Assembly (NCBI GenBank): GCA_003693705.1
Contig: RBZT01000978.1
Location: 4,659 to 68,658 of the forward strand
Source of the DNA: Polymyxa betae A26-41
Lineage: Eukaryota; Protista; Endomyxa: Phytomyxea
Reading direction: 5' to 3'
DNA length: 64,000 bases
A model generated the notes under the pieces. That model made no database searches, was not told the origin of the DNA, and saw only the letters and a list, made by a program, of their open reading frames with translations. The position numbers and the translations under genes are program-made. Below, one piece after another: positions 12,602 through 25,455 of this stretch. Position 1 is the first letter of the stretch, and each line of letters starts with the position of its first letter.

Positions 12602-14464
12602 ATGATATCGAGATACATTATACTGGCTGTAATCATTGCTGTAGTAAATCATGCATGGGGATCTCGTATACAACGTCCTCCAGATGTTAAACCTCAAACA
12701 TCAGCACCACCTCCAAGATTCCGACCATCAAATCCACCACAACAAACTCCTCCAAATCTTGCTTCTCAATCATGCAAGCTCGCTCTTGGCCATCTCTATA
12801 ACCAAACCACTGCTTGTTTCGGTACAATCCCATATTACAATATCCCAATGAATCCATTATTGAATAGGCCTGATCCCTCCATCTCCTAATCAAACATTTA
12901 AGAGTAATTGGTGCTCAGATTCTGGATGTAGAGCGAATATTCGTAACCAAGTCTCAATTGTTCTTGGCCAATGCACAAAGAATGATGGTGCTCAAGACAT
13001 GATCGCTACAATACAATCAAGAACTGAGAATATGGTTCAATATTTGTGTCCAGCTCAAGATTCATGTCCTGGCAATTCTGATCTATTATCTAAAATCGCT
13101 AATCAAGGACCACCTACCACGACGATGCTGAATTCAGTCTGTCAGCCATGTGCCTTAAAAGTTGGTTCAGTCAAATTCAAGTATTCATGATTTTTCAGAG
13201 TAATTGTTCATATAGAACTTGGGACAGCAAACTAGAGATCAAATGATGAACAGAAATGGACCTCCTGTTGATCATATCCCACAATTTAACCAGATTGCTC
13301 AAGCAAAAGCTATCTGTGACACGGTAAGAATATTGCCAATAATCCTGGATCATCTTTAACTTATATAACAAAGGCTGATGGAGAATATTGCAGTCCTCAG
13401 ATACTGAGCTTTAATGGCAGTCAACCAGAACAGTTATGCAGCCTCTGTTTCAGGAAATATTTCGCCAAAATGGCTTTTACTGGCAACAGAACTACAGAGA
13501 AAATCAATCCCTACCAAAGATTTGGAGAACTTCTTGATCAGTAATTCAGCTTCTACTGCTGGAATTTTTCGATTCTGATTATGTCGTTGCAGTGGTTGTA
13601 TTCATGATGAAAACGATAAACCATGCATCAAGAGATTGGCCCTGCTACTGAGTGTATCAAATCCTGTATTAGCTAATCTTAGTGCTCAAGCACCATCTCG
13701 TCCTCTGCAACAGTGCCTTTCTGGCTGTGATCAAAATTGTCTCAGATTCCTCAATAACACTGCCACCAAAGCTGGAAACTGCTCTGCTGCGCTTAAACCT
13801 TTCGTTAAGTTCTTAGGAGTTAACCTTCCTGATACTTGTGAGTCTATTACAACTTACAACTGATGAACATCGTCTCACTGCATATCGATTTCAGGCTTCG
13901 GAAATCTGAGCATCCCTCCGCCAAGTTATTCGAAAACAATACAAAGATTGACCTGGGTTATCAAGACCAATGATACAGCTACAAACATCTGCAACCAATT
14001 GACACTGGATATGGCAACCAACTTCGGCATGGATCGTAATAAAATTTCCTGCATGCCCCAACCAAATGCTATGTTTGCTCGGCGCTTATTATCGAACACG
14101 AGGACTGTGACCACGACATCCAGTGATTACTCAAGCGATGGTAAGATCATAATGCTGATATTGAGTAAATTTGTCAGACATCTCATATGGGGCTGTAGGT
14201 TCGTCGAGTCAGTCGACGTTTACACCAGATACTGTCAATGGTGAAGTAGTATCTGTTTCAGATGCTACCGCTACAACTATGTCACCTGGAACAGCAAATC
14301 CACAAGATGTATCTACCCCAACTACTGCCCCTACATCAACACCATCGACCCCTACATCAACAACTCCAACACCATCGACGACTTCTACAAATTCCCCTGC
14401 TTCTAAGAGTACAAAATCCATAGCCCTGATAACACTGCCTATCATATTCAGTCTCATTCTATAA
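12602..14464 (+). CDS. Secreted Cys-rich surface protein with Pro-rich N-region, S/T stalk and GPI-anchor-like tail, multi-exon
   Basis: Signal peptide MISRYIILAVIIAVVNHAWG. Six GT-AG introns (first 12822-12867) give a continuous frame with many Cys (LCxxC motifs), an RRLLS motif, a PTST-rich stalk and the tail SKSTKSIALITLPIIFSLIL*. Confidence 0.8.
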
Positions 14465-14548
14465 GAAATTATCTGGGACCTAAATAAATTCATACAAATT
14501 TGGATACATCTGTTAAATTAATGACTTATAAATGAAATCGATGGAAGT

Positions 14549-16060
14549 TTAACAACCCAAAAGTCGGCAAACCGTATTAACAACATCAGTCTTATGAGGT
14601 AATGCTGCTTGCTCTAATCCAGTTGCATATGGCATTGGAACATCAGCACCTGAAACACGACCTACTGGACCATCTAGATGATCGAATATTTCACTCTCTG
14701 CCACCATAGCAGCGATCTCTGAGCCAATACCACATACAGGCCACCCTAATTCATATCAGACAGCTTTTAACCAGCAATGTCAATTTTTGTTACCATTTTC
14801 AATGGTAACAAGATGATGGGTTTTTTTAACAGACTCGAAGATGGTATCCCTGTCTAAAGGTCTGATAGATCGAAGATTAATGACCTGCGAAACATTCAGC
14901 TGTTATCGTGATTGGTTTATTCAGTAACTGACCTCGCATTCAACACCAAAATCTTTGGACAAAATTTCAGCTGCTTCTAATGCCAGTTCAACAGGTTTAG
15001 AGAATGCCACCAGTGTGACATCAGTTCCAGGGCGGGCGATATGTGCCTTGCCAAGCGGAAGCACAAAATCTTTCGATAGGACCTCAGCACTAACATCAAA
15101 AGTTTTTCCATACCTAGCTAAGATTAGTCAAACTGAAACAGCAGACAGTAATAGACAGACATCAATTCATCTTCTAAGAACACAACAGGAGAGTCGGATC
15201 GAATTGCGGCTTTAAGTAGACCACGAGCGTCAGTTGAGTCAAAAGGAGATAGAACAATGAGGCCAGGAACAGAACCATACCTAACAGGCGAGCAAGTTAA
15301 TATAAACAATAGTTTTTTATGGGACTTTTACCAAGCCGCGAAACATTGCGAATGTTGTGCACCGACTCCAAGAGCTGGGCCGTTAGGACCTCTGAAAACG
15401 ATTGGAACCTGTCAATATTAGTAGTCGTAAAATACTGAAATGAACAATATGAACCTTGATTTGCCCGCCCGACATGTAATGTGATTTGGCAGCAGAATTA
15501 ACAACTTGATCGATTGCTTGCATGCTAAAATCAGAACTTAGTACATTCCTCAAATAGCGGTTTTACTTCCATAACCTGAAATTCATCGTCATGAATTCGC
15601 AAACTGGACGTAAACCAGCAAACGCGGAACCGGTAGCAATCCCTATTGAAATGAGCGACCAAATTGATGAAACATATTTGAACATGCAACAAACCTGCAA
15701 ATCCCATTTCTGTAATCGGAGTATCACGAACGCGTCGGGCTCCATACTTATCGAATAACCCTTTTGTAATCTAATTGACACTGTTTCAAAAAATTATATA
15801 TAATAAGATGAAGTTCTGGACCTTGTACGCGCCATTGTATTCAGCGACCTCTTCACCAAGAATATATACTTTTTCATCGCGTTCCATTTCTTCATCCAAC
15901 GCTGAATTTAAAGCCTCGCGTACTGTCATCTATTAGAAGCATTCAGCAACACATTGGCGAGTGAGTCTCTCAGTGAGACCTGTTTGGATGCCGCATTGCT
16001 GAACAAGCGGGTGTGAATTATTCTGGATGAAAATGCAGATCTTGCCCGGCAGGTTAACAT
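14549..16060 (-). CDS. PDHB: Pyruvate dehydrogenase E1 beta subunit, mitochondrial
   Basis: Presequence [15 protein letters not shown]..., [90 protein letters not shown]. Confidence 0.96.
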
Positions 16061-16184
16061 GGAAATGAGCAGAGAGATAAAAGAATGAGAGAAAACCCTG
16101 AACACATAGACCTTGCTCTTACGGCATAAACAAGCTACAAACTATACTACTTAATGCAACAAGCCCACAACACAACATCATCTT

Positions 16185-19100
16185 TTACATCTTAATCATT
16201 TTATCTTTTCCTTTCACATAGGTAATGCTTTCACCAATACGGCACGGTTTCACGAAAATATTGGTCAGCGACTTATCGCTCAAAAGGATCTCGCCTGAAT
16301 CGTTGGTAATTTTTATGGATGGCAAAGGCTGGAATCCAGGCTGCAATGGATAAAGTCTCCATTCCAATTTCATATTGTCATTTGCTGGAATCCAGACTGT
16401 TCTCTACATTTGCATAAACAACCTCAAAATAAACAATAAATCATGGCAAACCTTAATCGGACCGATCAAATGATAGGTGCTTTTGGGAAATTCAACAAAT
16501 ATATGCACCGTACTGCTAGTCTGGAGAAAGGATTGAATCTGAACTATTAAATTGCACGATCGCCCGATTTCGACATCTTCTGGAGCAGGAAGAAAAAGAT
16601 CAGCAGAAAGTGGAGGAATCAGAACAGTGATTGCAGTTGAAACAGGGATTGCATATGTCTGAATGCAAGACGATTTTGATCGTTTCCAATTAAATCGAAT
16701 TTGTCCTGGGCATATTGAATTGCATTGTTTGATGGGAAGGAACGCAAACTGCAGAGAAATGAAATCGCCAGGGCCGACTTCTGGAAAAAATCATTCAGTT
16801 ATTTATACGCAGATCTTTAACAAACTACCTTGATTGACATCATGTGACGGATTCTGCTTCATTTCGAGAAAGTCGGCTTCCTGACAATGAAATCAGTTAA
16901 TAATGTCTATTGTATGTAAAAGCTTATACTAACATGGTCAAAGAAGACCTCAATAACATGTATACTAACCGGCGATACGTTCCGCAATAGTACATGCAGG
17001 ATTGCAGGATATCCCGAACGTAATATCGATTGCAAAAGTCCAGGCTAGTCAAAAATCAATTCGTTAAAAAAACAGATAGATCAGAGCAAACTACAGACCG
17101 GATTCGGAGTACTGACCGAAAGACTGAACACGTTTTCCACGATTTCCAACGGGTTCATGACATGCCAGTGCACTTCGTGTTCATACAATGAGACTTTGTC
17201 ACCAAATAACTTTAACCACGCCTAGGGAGAATAAGCACGATTTTTTGCTGTGTATGCGGTACTTACCTGAGCGTTGCCAGAAGATAAGAAATACAATTGT
17301 GCCTTAACAGTTCTCGCAGATTGATTGGGCGAATCGGAGCTAGGAATAGGAACAGGGTCATGAAATCTGATAGGCTCGCATGTGTCTTCATCAACAATGG
17401 CATTCTCTTGGCTGCAGTTCAATGTGTAAAGCTCGTAGGCTGAACATAAAATCAGTACATGAAACAAAACCCATTATGGGGTTTCAGATCACCTTCAGAG
17501 TTTTCAATAACCAATGACAATGGGAACAATTCCTGAACAAACACCACAGGAGTATCGAAAGCAGATTTCACTTTGATGGTTTCACTTTTCTAGAAAGGCT
17601 GTGAGCGAAAAAAGATGTAAAGAGTAAACGAACTCGCGAAGCAGGGCCAGTATGATGGCATATAGATATTCTCACGGCCACATCTTTGATTGTCAATACA
17701 GCATATGATTGTGGAGGTAATTCTCGTTCTAGAATCAGTGACTCTTTCCGAGATAGAGATACATCTAAACGCACGTAATCAATATTTTCTAAGGGTGAGG
17801 ACGACCGTTTTAACAGACTTTGGCATAGTTCGCGCGATGCTCCAGATTCGTCATATAAAGTGACCAGGTTGCATAAAATCGCTGGTGAGAATTGGCTGGT
17901 ATAACATGATGAGAGATTTTCAAGCAGGGCTTCACTTTACCTTTTGATTGCAATTTTTCCCGACTCCTGTGATAACCCAACTGAAATACACATGATTAAT
18001 GCAGATCGAACATAAGGAAAAAATTTCCAACTACCAATGCCAGTCGACGATACGTCAACAACATCTTGGCATTTTGACAGATAGAACACCAATTCTTTCT
18101 GAAGAGCGGAAGTTGAACCTGTACCATCATCAGCTTATGGAAAGGGCTTTTAGCTCAAATAAGCTTACCATCTGTCGATAACGCTATTAATTCGCAGGAG
18201 TAAAGAACAATTTTTGTAATCAATTCAAGCGATATGCACGCAACACGAGCATCACAAAGAGCAGATATTAACAGTTCAGTCCAATTTTCTTTACGAAGTA
18301 AACTTATCGCCTACCATAGTCAATTACAAAATAATTTGCAAGAACACTAAGTAAACCTTCTCAAAAAGGGGTAAGGCAGCCGTGTAATGACCATCACGAT
18401 TTAGTTGCCTGGCTATGCGTAGCTCTGACAAGGCGACCTGACGTTTTCTTTTTCTAGGATAAGCTAGCAATAAATTATGAGCGGCTGTCAGCAGTGATGT
18501 AACACTGGAAGATTGGCGATATTTTGATTCCGCTAGCAAGTATAAGTCGAGAAAAAGAGTATTATCGGATTCAAATTCGTCATCTAAGCCATGAATATCA
18601 ACCAGATAATTAGCTGGCAAAGAGGAACTGACATCGCTGAATTTGACCGCAATAAAACGGAGTCTTCTGCATCAATTCATCTAACTGGCCCATGTAGTGT
18701 TGTTCGAAATCAGGCAGAGCGAATGAGCACTCCATTCGATGCATGAGGGAATTTGCAGCAGAGTTCACATAACGTAGACAGAGTGCTAAGTTTCCCTGCA
18801 TCAGCAATCCCATTGTGGTATACCTTCATCAAGAATAAGAACTACATCGTCAAAGATAATAGATGTCTTACTCATGTTGAAGCCAGCTGTAAAATGTAAA
18901 ACGCAGAGCTTTCATAAAAGGATCGTCAACGTTGATTTTAGTCATTGTCCTGATATGACGATCAAACTGTTCACTTGCTCCAACAAGATCTTCGCTTAAA
19001 ATTAAGAGACGACAAATCTATCAACTTCTTATAAGCAGAATTTTAAGTGATGAAACTTAAAATGCGAACCAGAGCATTGATAATGAGGCCAACATCACGT

Positions 19101-20235
19101 ATTTCAATCAGCTGAAATACGGATGAAGGCTGCATTTCAGAAAGATCTTTATGGGCAGCATTAAGGTACCTAAACCAATATGGCAAAGCAGTCCATGTTA
19201 TAACAGAACGTACTTTTTGGCAGAATTCAAATCATGACTTAGGAAAGCATAAAACCCAAGTTTGATATGATAGCGAATCAGGGTAAAGATATGAGAATGA
19301 CGGCCCAGTTTTGATCGCTTTCGCTTTAGAATCTTCATACAGTTACTATAAGAAGCGATAGCATTTTCTTTGATGTGCGATACGACAGTATCCACAGATT
19401 GAGGTAAACGAAACGATTGCACGATTATCACAGAATCTTCTGGTAGTCCCAAATCATCACGTAATGTCATAACTTGACGTTCAAGAAGAACATCATCTGG
19501 CACAACAAAAACCAATCAGCGATCAGAAATTAGAACTTAACTGGTCACCTTCAAGAGGAACAGATGCTTTAAAAATTACAACCATCAGAAACCCAGTTCT
19601 TGTACGATTGTGTTGCCTAAATTAGATGAGATGAACAAAGAAATCATAATCGGACAGAAACCTGTGAAGTCTCCATTGTTCATTGACACACTTTCTCAAT
19701 TCTGAGAAACTCTGATTCGATTCCCATTGAAATAGAAGAACAGATAAAGCTGGGACGAATGCGATCCGATTCATAAACCAAGTTGAATAAATAATGCCAG
19801 CAACAGGCTGTAATCTCATTAATAAAACTCAATAGTGCTCGATTTGATGGCATGCCTGTGAATCTGATATAACGTCGCTCCCGTCGTCTTCATCATCGGA
19901 GCCATTACTTCGCTCTGGCAATCTCCAATCATAGTCACCACGAAGCACCTATAAGTTTCACTCATACAAATTGCAAACATTTTGAAAGTAACATTGCGGT
20001 TTCCCAATCAGAATCTCAGAAAAAGCTTCACTGATAAGAGTTTGAGTTTACAATGTGTAAATACGAGCACTACATTGAAATGAGAGAGGCAATGTTGCTG
20101 AACGATGTCGGTCAGATTTACTGGCCCATGAAAAGCGATACTTGGTTGGATAAAATCACAGGAACACAGCCAGGATAGATGTTGTGGTATAACTGCACTG
20201 AGAGCTGAACGTGCTCTGGCAGATGGAGACGCCAT
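16185..20235 (-). CDS. TRAPPC11: TRAPP complex subunit TRAPPC11 (foie gras)-like, multi-exon
   Basis: GIIYSTWFMN...VPALSVLLFQWE, IRYHIKLGFYA, and C-terminal LEWRLYPLQPGFQPLPSI...IFVKP resemble the TRAPPC11/gryzun layout; GT-AG introns checked at several junctions. Confidence 0.72.
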
Positions 20236-20437
20236 TGGGCACTGCTATGCCTATGAGATCTGATTCATGAGCTGAGCCTACTGTAGCTTGTATTATTAAA
20301 TCCGTAATCCTCTGCTTGCTTCCTTATCTTACATCTGTCATAGACGATATTCTGGCATATGCTTCCCTCCTTTCTCGGGAACTCTTGTGATTCCTCCAGC
20401 ATCTAGCTTTCAGTAAATCATTGGCTTTGCAGTTGTA

Positions 20438-21127
20438 TTACATACGACGGGTTCTGTTATAGCGTAAATGGATATAAGAACCCAGGCAAAATTGCTGGCA
20501 GATTAAGATGACGGCGATAATGCTGTAGCGCCTCTTGCCATACAACTTAAACAATCTCGAGTCGTCTGTAGAAAATTTACTTGGGCCAGCTTGCATCCCG
20601 CTATCTGAACTGAAACTGCTTGAGTTGACGAAAAACTCGTCATTCAAACTCGATTCAGGCTTTCTCTTGACTACAAAAGATATAAGAGCTTGATCACATT
20701 CTTGAGCATCGAATATTGATACAGATCCGAACTGACTGAATCGCGATTTCATATCGTTTCTTGATACTCTAATGGTGTATGACATCAAAGGAAGCACCTG
20801 CCCAAGGTAGTCATATACAATGTGCATGCAATATTATCCCAGATTGTTCACCTGAATGTTACTATGATTACAATGAAACCTAACCATATAAATGGATTCA
20901 GGAGTTAAATCATGCAATCTGAATCGATTCAATCCATCTGTAATGGGAAAATGCTCTAGATTCGATTCACGAAACCGATGGAGGAGGTTTACGACTAGTT
21001 CGCAGGAGAAATCCATCACAGCTACAGCATAATGGACATGGATGTCGATATGGTCTCCGCAAACCTCCATGATTGCAGACGATACAAATGGTGAATTGAA
21101 TATGGTCAGGAATAGGATCCAATGCAT
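20438..21127 (-). CDS. Putative type-I membrane or secreted protein with an FN3-like segment
   Basis: Signal peptide MHWILFLTIFNSPFVSSA; FRLHDLTPESIYMVRF resembles the FN3 LxP..Y motif; hydrophobic segment near the C-terminus. The 3' end is uncertain. Confidence 0.5.
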
Positions 21128-21615
21128 CACTTATCATGAGACAATTTAGTGACGGAACCTTTCAGACCTGACTCTACATTACTAATCTATGCTTATCAAC
21201 AAATCTTCTGAATATGGACATCCCCCTGGTCAGCAGACGTCCCACTATCCCACCCAGACAGTTGGATGCAAGTTGGAATACAGTAATACAGCACACACAC
21301 AACCGTTTATCTCATTGCGAACTCACCAAATGAAACGTTCACAGGTTATCAAGATATCGGATGTGCAATTTTTCATGAGGCTAAAACGACAAAACATCGA
21401 TTGAAAATTGTGATTCTTGCAAAAACCCATGTGATACTGTATCTATGAGCTACCGACTATGGATTTGTTATATTGTGAGTACAGCTGGGGCCATACCCAT
21501 AAATGGACATGTATGCGCAAAATGGGACTTTTATGTTAAATACTTTCCCGACCAAATCCATCAACAAGTGATCAACCCCCGCCCCAAGCCTCCTTACTTT
21601 GTCGAAATATCCTTC

Positions 21616-22611
21616 ATGGAAACCAACCATGCAAATTCTAGGGTGCCTGCTATTGATCGAACTTTTCTATCAGCTTTGCATGATTTTTCCAATATTCTTG
21701 CTTGCCGTTTGCCACTGCTACAGGCAAACCCAGATGATGATACCGATATCTCGGACCTAACGCCCGAACAGAAACTGCAGCTGTCTAGATATAAAACCGT
21801 GCTCAGTTAAATCACTAATTTATTGGCTTTAGGATTGGCCCGTGCCCGGTTCAATGGGCTAAAAACATCTCAAAAGTTCTCTGGACTGAATGTGAAATCC
21901 AAGCTCGTGTACGTCAAATGGCGAACGAAATAAGCAAAGGTCTCGTTGCATGATTTGACAGTATAGCCAGAGCCCAATTTAACATTTCTAGACTACATGG
22001 GTGAAAACATTATTGCTGTCGGGTTATTGAATGGAGCTGTGTTATTCGCTTCGGATCTGCTACGACATCTAACTGTTCCTTACGAGCTCGATTTTATGGC
22101 ACTTTCTTCGTATCATGGAACCAATAGCACTGGAACTGTAGTCTCCACAATTTCCATCATTTTGTGGAATCTTAAAAGTTGTGTTCAGATAATGTTGAAA
22201 AAAGATTTATCTATTGATCCCGAGAACCGTCATGTTTTGATTATTGAAGATCTTATCGATACTGGGGCGACATTGTACTGGCTCCAGAAACATTTCGAAC
22301 ATAAAAAGGCCAAGTCTATAAGAACGGCATGCTTACTTGATAAGAAAGTACTTGTGCTTATACTACTTAGTGATTCTCTCTAAGCAGACCTAGGTTAAAA
22401 GAGTAAATGAGGTTAACGTCGACTATATCGGCTGGGAATGTCCCGATGAGTTTGTCATCGGTTATGGCATGTATGGTATATCGCTATTTGTGTGAAACCA
22501 TCTGATACAATTCCGTTTAGGGATCTAAACCGTGAGTATCGATGCCTGCCTTTTATTGGAGTATTAAATCAGGATCTTCTAAAGGCATCAGACGCTCAAT
22601 CCAATCACTAA
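21616..22611 (+). CDS. HPRT: Hypoxanthine(-guanine) phosphoribosyltransferase with N-terminal extension
   Basis: ISKVLWTECEIQARVRQMANEISKDY, VGLLNGAVLFASDL, DFMALSSY, PRPP loop VLIIEDLIDTGATL, ACLLDK, CPDEFVIGYGMD...YRCLPFIG. The start codon is inferred. Confidence 0.93.
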
Positions 22612-22690
22612 ACATTTCTTATTTTCCCTTTTTATATCATGGCAGTTGATTGCTTCAAAAATCGTAACATCGACCATTTTTCTCCCAGTC

Positions 22691-23113
22691 ACCATATCGA
22701 GTAGGTTCTAGCCCGCGAGGTCTAACAAACATTCAGCTAAAGGCGTTAGATGAAAATAGATGTATCCACCCATCTACTTCGCCGGTCTCGGAAATTTGGT
22801 GTTGGTCATCAGTAGAGTCTTGTTTCGGTTCGCTTTCTATAAGCTCATCAGCCTTTGCTTTACTCTGTTCCAGGGCTATGAAGTATGCTAGATCTGGCTT
22901 TTTAGGTGCATCATGCAGTTTTCTGGATAAAGAGATGTGTTCTCCATAAATCCATGCTCTTCTGATTAATCTGCAATGCATCTTAAAGAATTATTTCAGC
23001 GCAATTTTTTACAACTTTCACAACATACCGGTACCCATTGACAATACTTTTCTCGTACAGTATAACAGGATGCAGATCTTGATCTTTCAGAGTTCCGCAA
23101 ACTGGTGTCCATG
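22691..23113 (-). CDS. Small hypothetical protein, probably 2-3 exons
   Basis: ORF 22733-22981 flanked by plausible GT-AG introns; no recognised motif. Confidence 0.35.
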
Positions 23114-23653
23114 ATTGTCAAACACCAGGAGCGGCCTTCTGTCAAAGCTAAAAGGACCATGCTATGATTATATTCATGAAACTAGAAGAATTCCATCGCA
23201 TTCATCAGATCTTGATCTCATAGCGCTTTAAGGTCAGCCCGGATTTATTTTTTCTATAAAAATAAATATCAATAATAAGTTGTTTTGCTGGGCGCAATAC
23301 TGTCATGCAACACCGGTAAACAAACCAGATCCAATCCGATGCATGTATTGCCGATTTCAAGAATTCTGTCCTCGCGCACTGTATAAAGCCCCATAATAAA
23401 AAACCCCGTGGCCGTATTTATTCGTCAGAGCCCTGTTTTACTATTCGTCAAGCCTGGTTCAATTGAGTCATTGCTGACGTAGATTCACAGCAAATCTGGC
23501 CTTGGGACCCATTTTTAATCTTAAATCAGGGCTGTTTTGATAAAATCCTGCAGTTTGGCCCCATTGGAATGGGACAAATATCCCGTTTTTGGCACGCGAT
23601 CCCAGGATCGCCAGAATCAGGTTTCAGTAATCCAATAAAGCTGCGAATTTGAC

Positions 23654-24470
23654 ATGTTTGGAAAGGATCTTCGCTGGCGATATTTAGTTTTGCACTATGT
23701 GTAATCGACGTCGTTAGAAAACGTGTCGTTGATAACGGTATCCTCAAGCGATGCGTAAAACGGTGAATGGCGCTCTTCGAAAAGAACGGCGTCGTCATCC
23801 CCAATGCTCCACGACAGAGGTCTGCACGATGGCCCCAAGAGGTCTATAATTTTGTTCAGCAGTTCGTGAGCAATCCTTGTTTCTATATTCAAGAATTACA
23901 GGAACAGCTATTGGAAAACTTCCCAGATGTGGGCTTCTACCTACCATTTGCAGAGCATTACGCGACGAGAACTAATGTGAATTACTTAAAGCATTTATTC
24001 AACGATCTTTTCAATAAAATTGATTTGGCCCCATAGAAAGGCAGGACCGGGTTTTAAGAAAGTGCGTGGCCGGATATAGATGTAACCACCATAGGACAAA
24101 AATTTTGAAATCGGCAATAAATATACAATATTACTGGATATTGGTACTTGACGATGCTAGATTCCTTCTTTTCAGATAACTTGACATGTCGATGGATTTG
24201 TTTCAGATGGTCAACGGTTAAAAGGGATTCTCATGGGGCAATGAAAGGACAATGGTAAGTTATATTTCAAAAGGTGGAAACAACAAGCGCTGATTAACTT
24301 TTGTCATCCGATACCTTATCCAACAAATGGTTGCTTGGCCCACCTGGAATTACAGCTCCTTGACATACATAATGACAATATGCTATCACCAGAAGACTGA
24401 GCATCAAAAACGGTCTGTCTGTTAATGATTGAATGGAGATGTATTTCATCATTACGACTTCTCCATATCA
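23654..24470 (+). mobile_element. Degenerate IS630/Tc1-mariner-type transposase remnant
   Basis: MFGKDLRWRYLVLHYV*...ENVSLIT / GILKRCVKR*MALFEKNG...VYNFVQQFVSNPCFYIQELQEQLLENFPDV / TICRALR, with stops and frameshifts. This matches the N-terminal HTH region of IS630/Tc1 transposases. Faint DDE-region traces (DGFVS..WSTVK) near 24190-24225. No TIRs confirmed. Confidence 0.72.
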
Positions 24471-24587
24471 ATTATACAGTGTAAGAACAAGCGAATGTGT
24501 CTGATAATAAAGCTCCGATATCAGACAATTAAACTTGAAGTACAACTCTAAAACACAGGGAACAGCAAACTGCTTATACTGTAATGA

Positions 24588-25154
24588 CTAAATTTTCGAA
24601 ACTTCTCTTGCAATTACAGCCATTTGAAATCCTTGAGATCCGGATAATGTCTCAATAGGTGTTAATATAGATTGAACATTAACGTCATCTTCTGGGGCAT
24701 AAACCCATTTCCTGGTATTATCAACGATTTGTCGTGCAATATCAGGATTCATTGTACGAACATATAATCGGTATGATTTGAGATCAGAATCGGAAGGTGA
24801 CTGCATAACTGCTCTCAGCAGCAGCAATCGCTGCAGTATGCGTTTAATCTGGTCTTCCGCAAGGCTGGAAGGGTGAAACGTTCCTGAGAACTTGATTACA
24901 TATGACTCAAAAAGCCGCTTATTTGCAATTAAGGCGACAATGATGGAAGATACTTTGGAGCGGTAAATATATGGAGAAATGGACGATACCCAGTCATTAA
25001 TATAGTTACGTGCAGCACTAAAATGTTTAGGATGTAGACCATGCATGGGAATGCCAAGATGAGTTTCAGTAACAAAGCATTCTGCAGGGTAGACCGACCG
25101 CTGATAGAGAATCTCGTTGATGGCGACCGAGATTGAGTTCAGCAACACGTCCAT
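24588..25154 (-). CDS. REV7: HORMA-domain protein REV7/MAD2L2 (DNA polymerase zeta subunit)-like
   Basis: VAINEILYQRSVYPAECF...LGIPMH...NYI...FESYVIKF, the REV7/MAD2B pattern; single coding exon. Confidence 0.8.
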   Translation of the reverse strand: MDVLLNSISVAINEILYQRSVYPAECFVTETHLGIPMHGLHPKHFSAARNYINDWVSSISPYIYRSKVSSIIVALIANKRLFESYVIKFSGTFHPSSLAEDQIKRILQRLLLLRAVMQSPSDSDLKSYRLYVRTMNPDIARQIVDNTRKWVYAPEDDVNVQSILTPIETLSGSQGFQMAVIAREVSKI

Positions 25155-25455
25155 ATCTGAAACAATAAACTACAGTTTAGGTCGAAAGAGCTGGGCGAAT
25201 TCCAACAAAATGCAAGTTTTCATGTTGCAGATATTAAAACCAGATGTGATATACTACTACGCAAAACTTGTTGATAGTTCTCCATAGGTAAGAATCTATT
25301 AGCGCATTGTTGAATAGTCCATACACAACTGGTAGGCTTTAAGCGCATTTGTTTTCTCTCAGCAGACTTCCTACCAATACTCCTTCCTTTCTATTTCAAC
25401 ATTATTTTGCTGGAAAGACGATGTGAATATAGCTCGTAAATATGAAAATAGTCTG

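Noticed and set aside
12868-12918. Apparent GC-AG intron or 15-nt micro-intron in the Cys-rich surface gene
   Set aside because: The canonical intron 12822-12867 makes this stretch an open exon (GLIPPSPNQTFKSNWCSDSGC).
21789-21832. Apparent AT-AG intron in HPRT
   Set aside because: A GT six bases upstream (ct|gtctag...tttag|g) gives a canonical 50-nt intron in the same frame.
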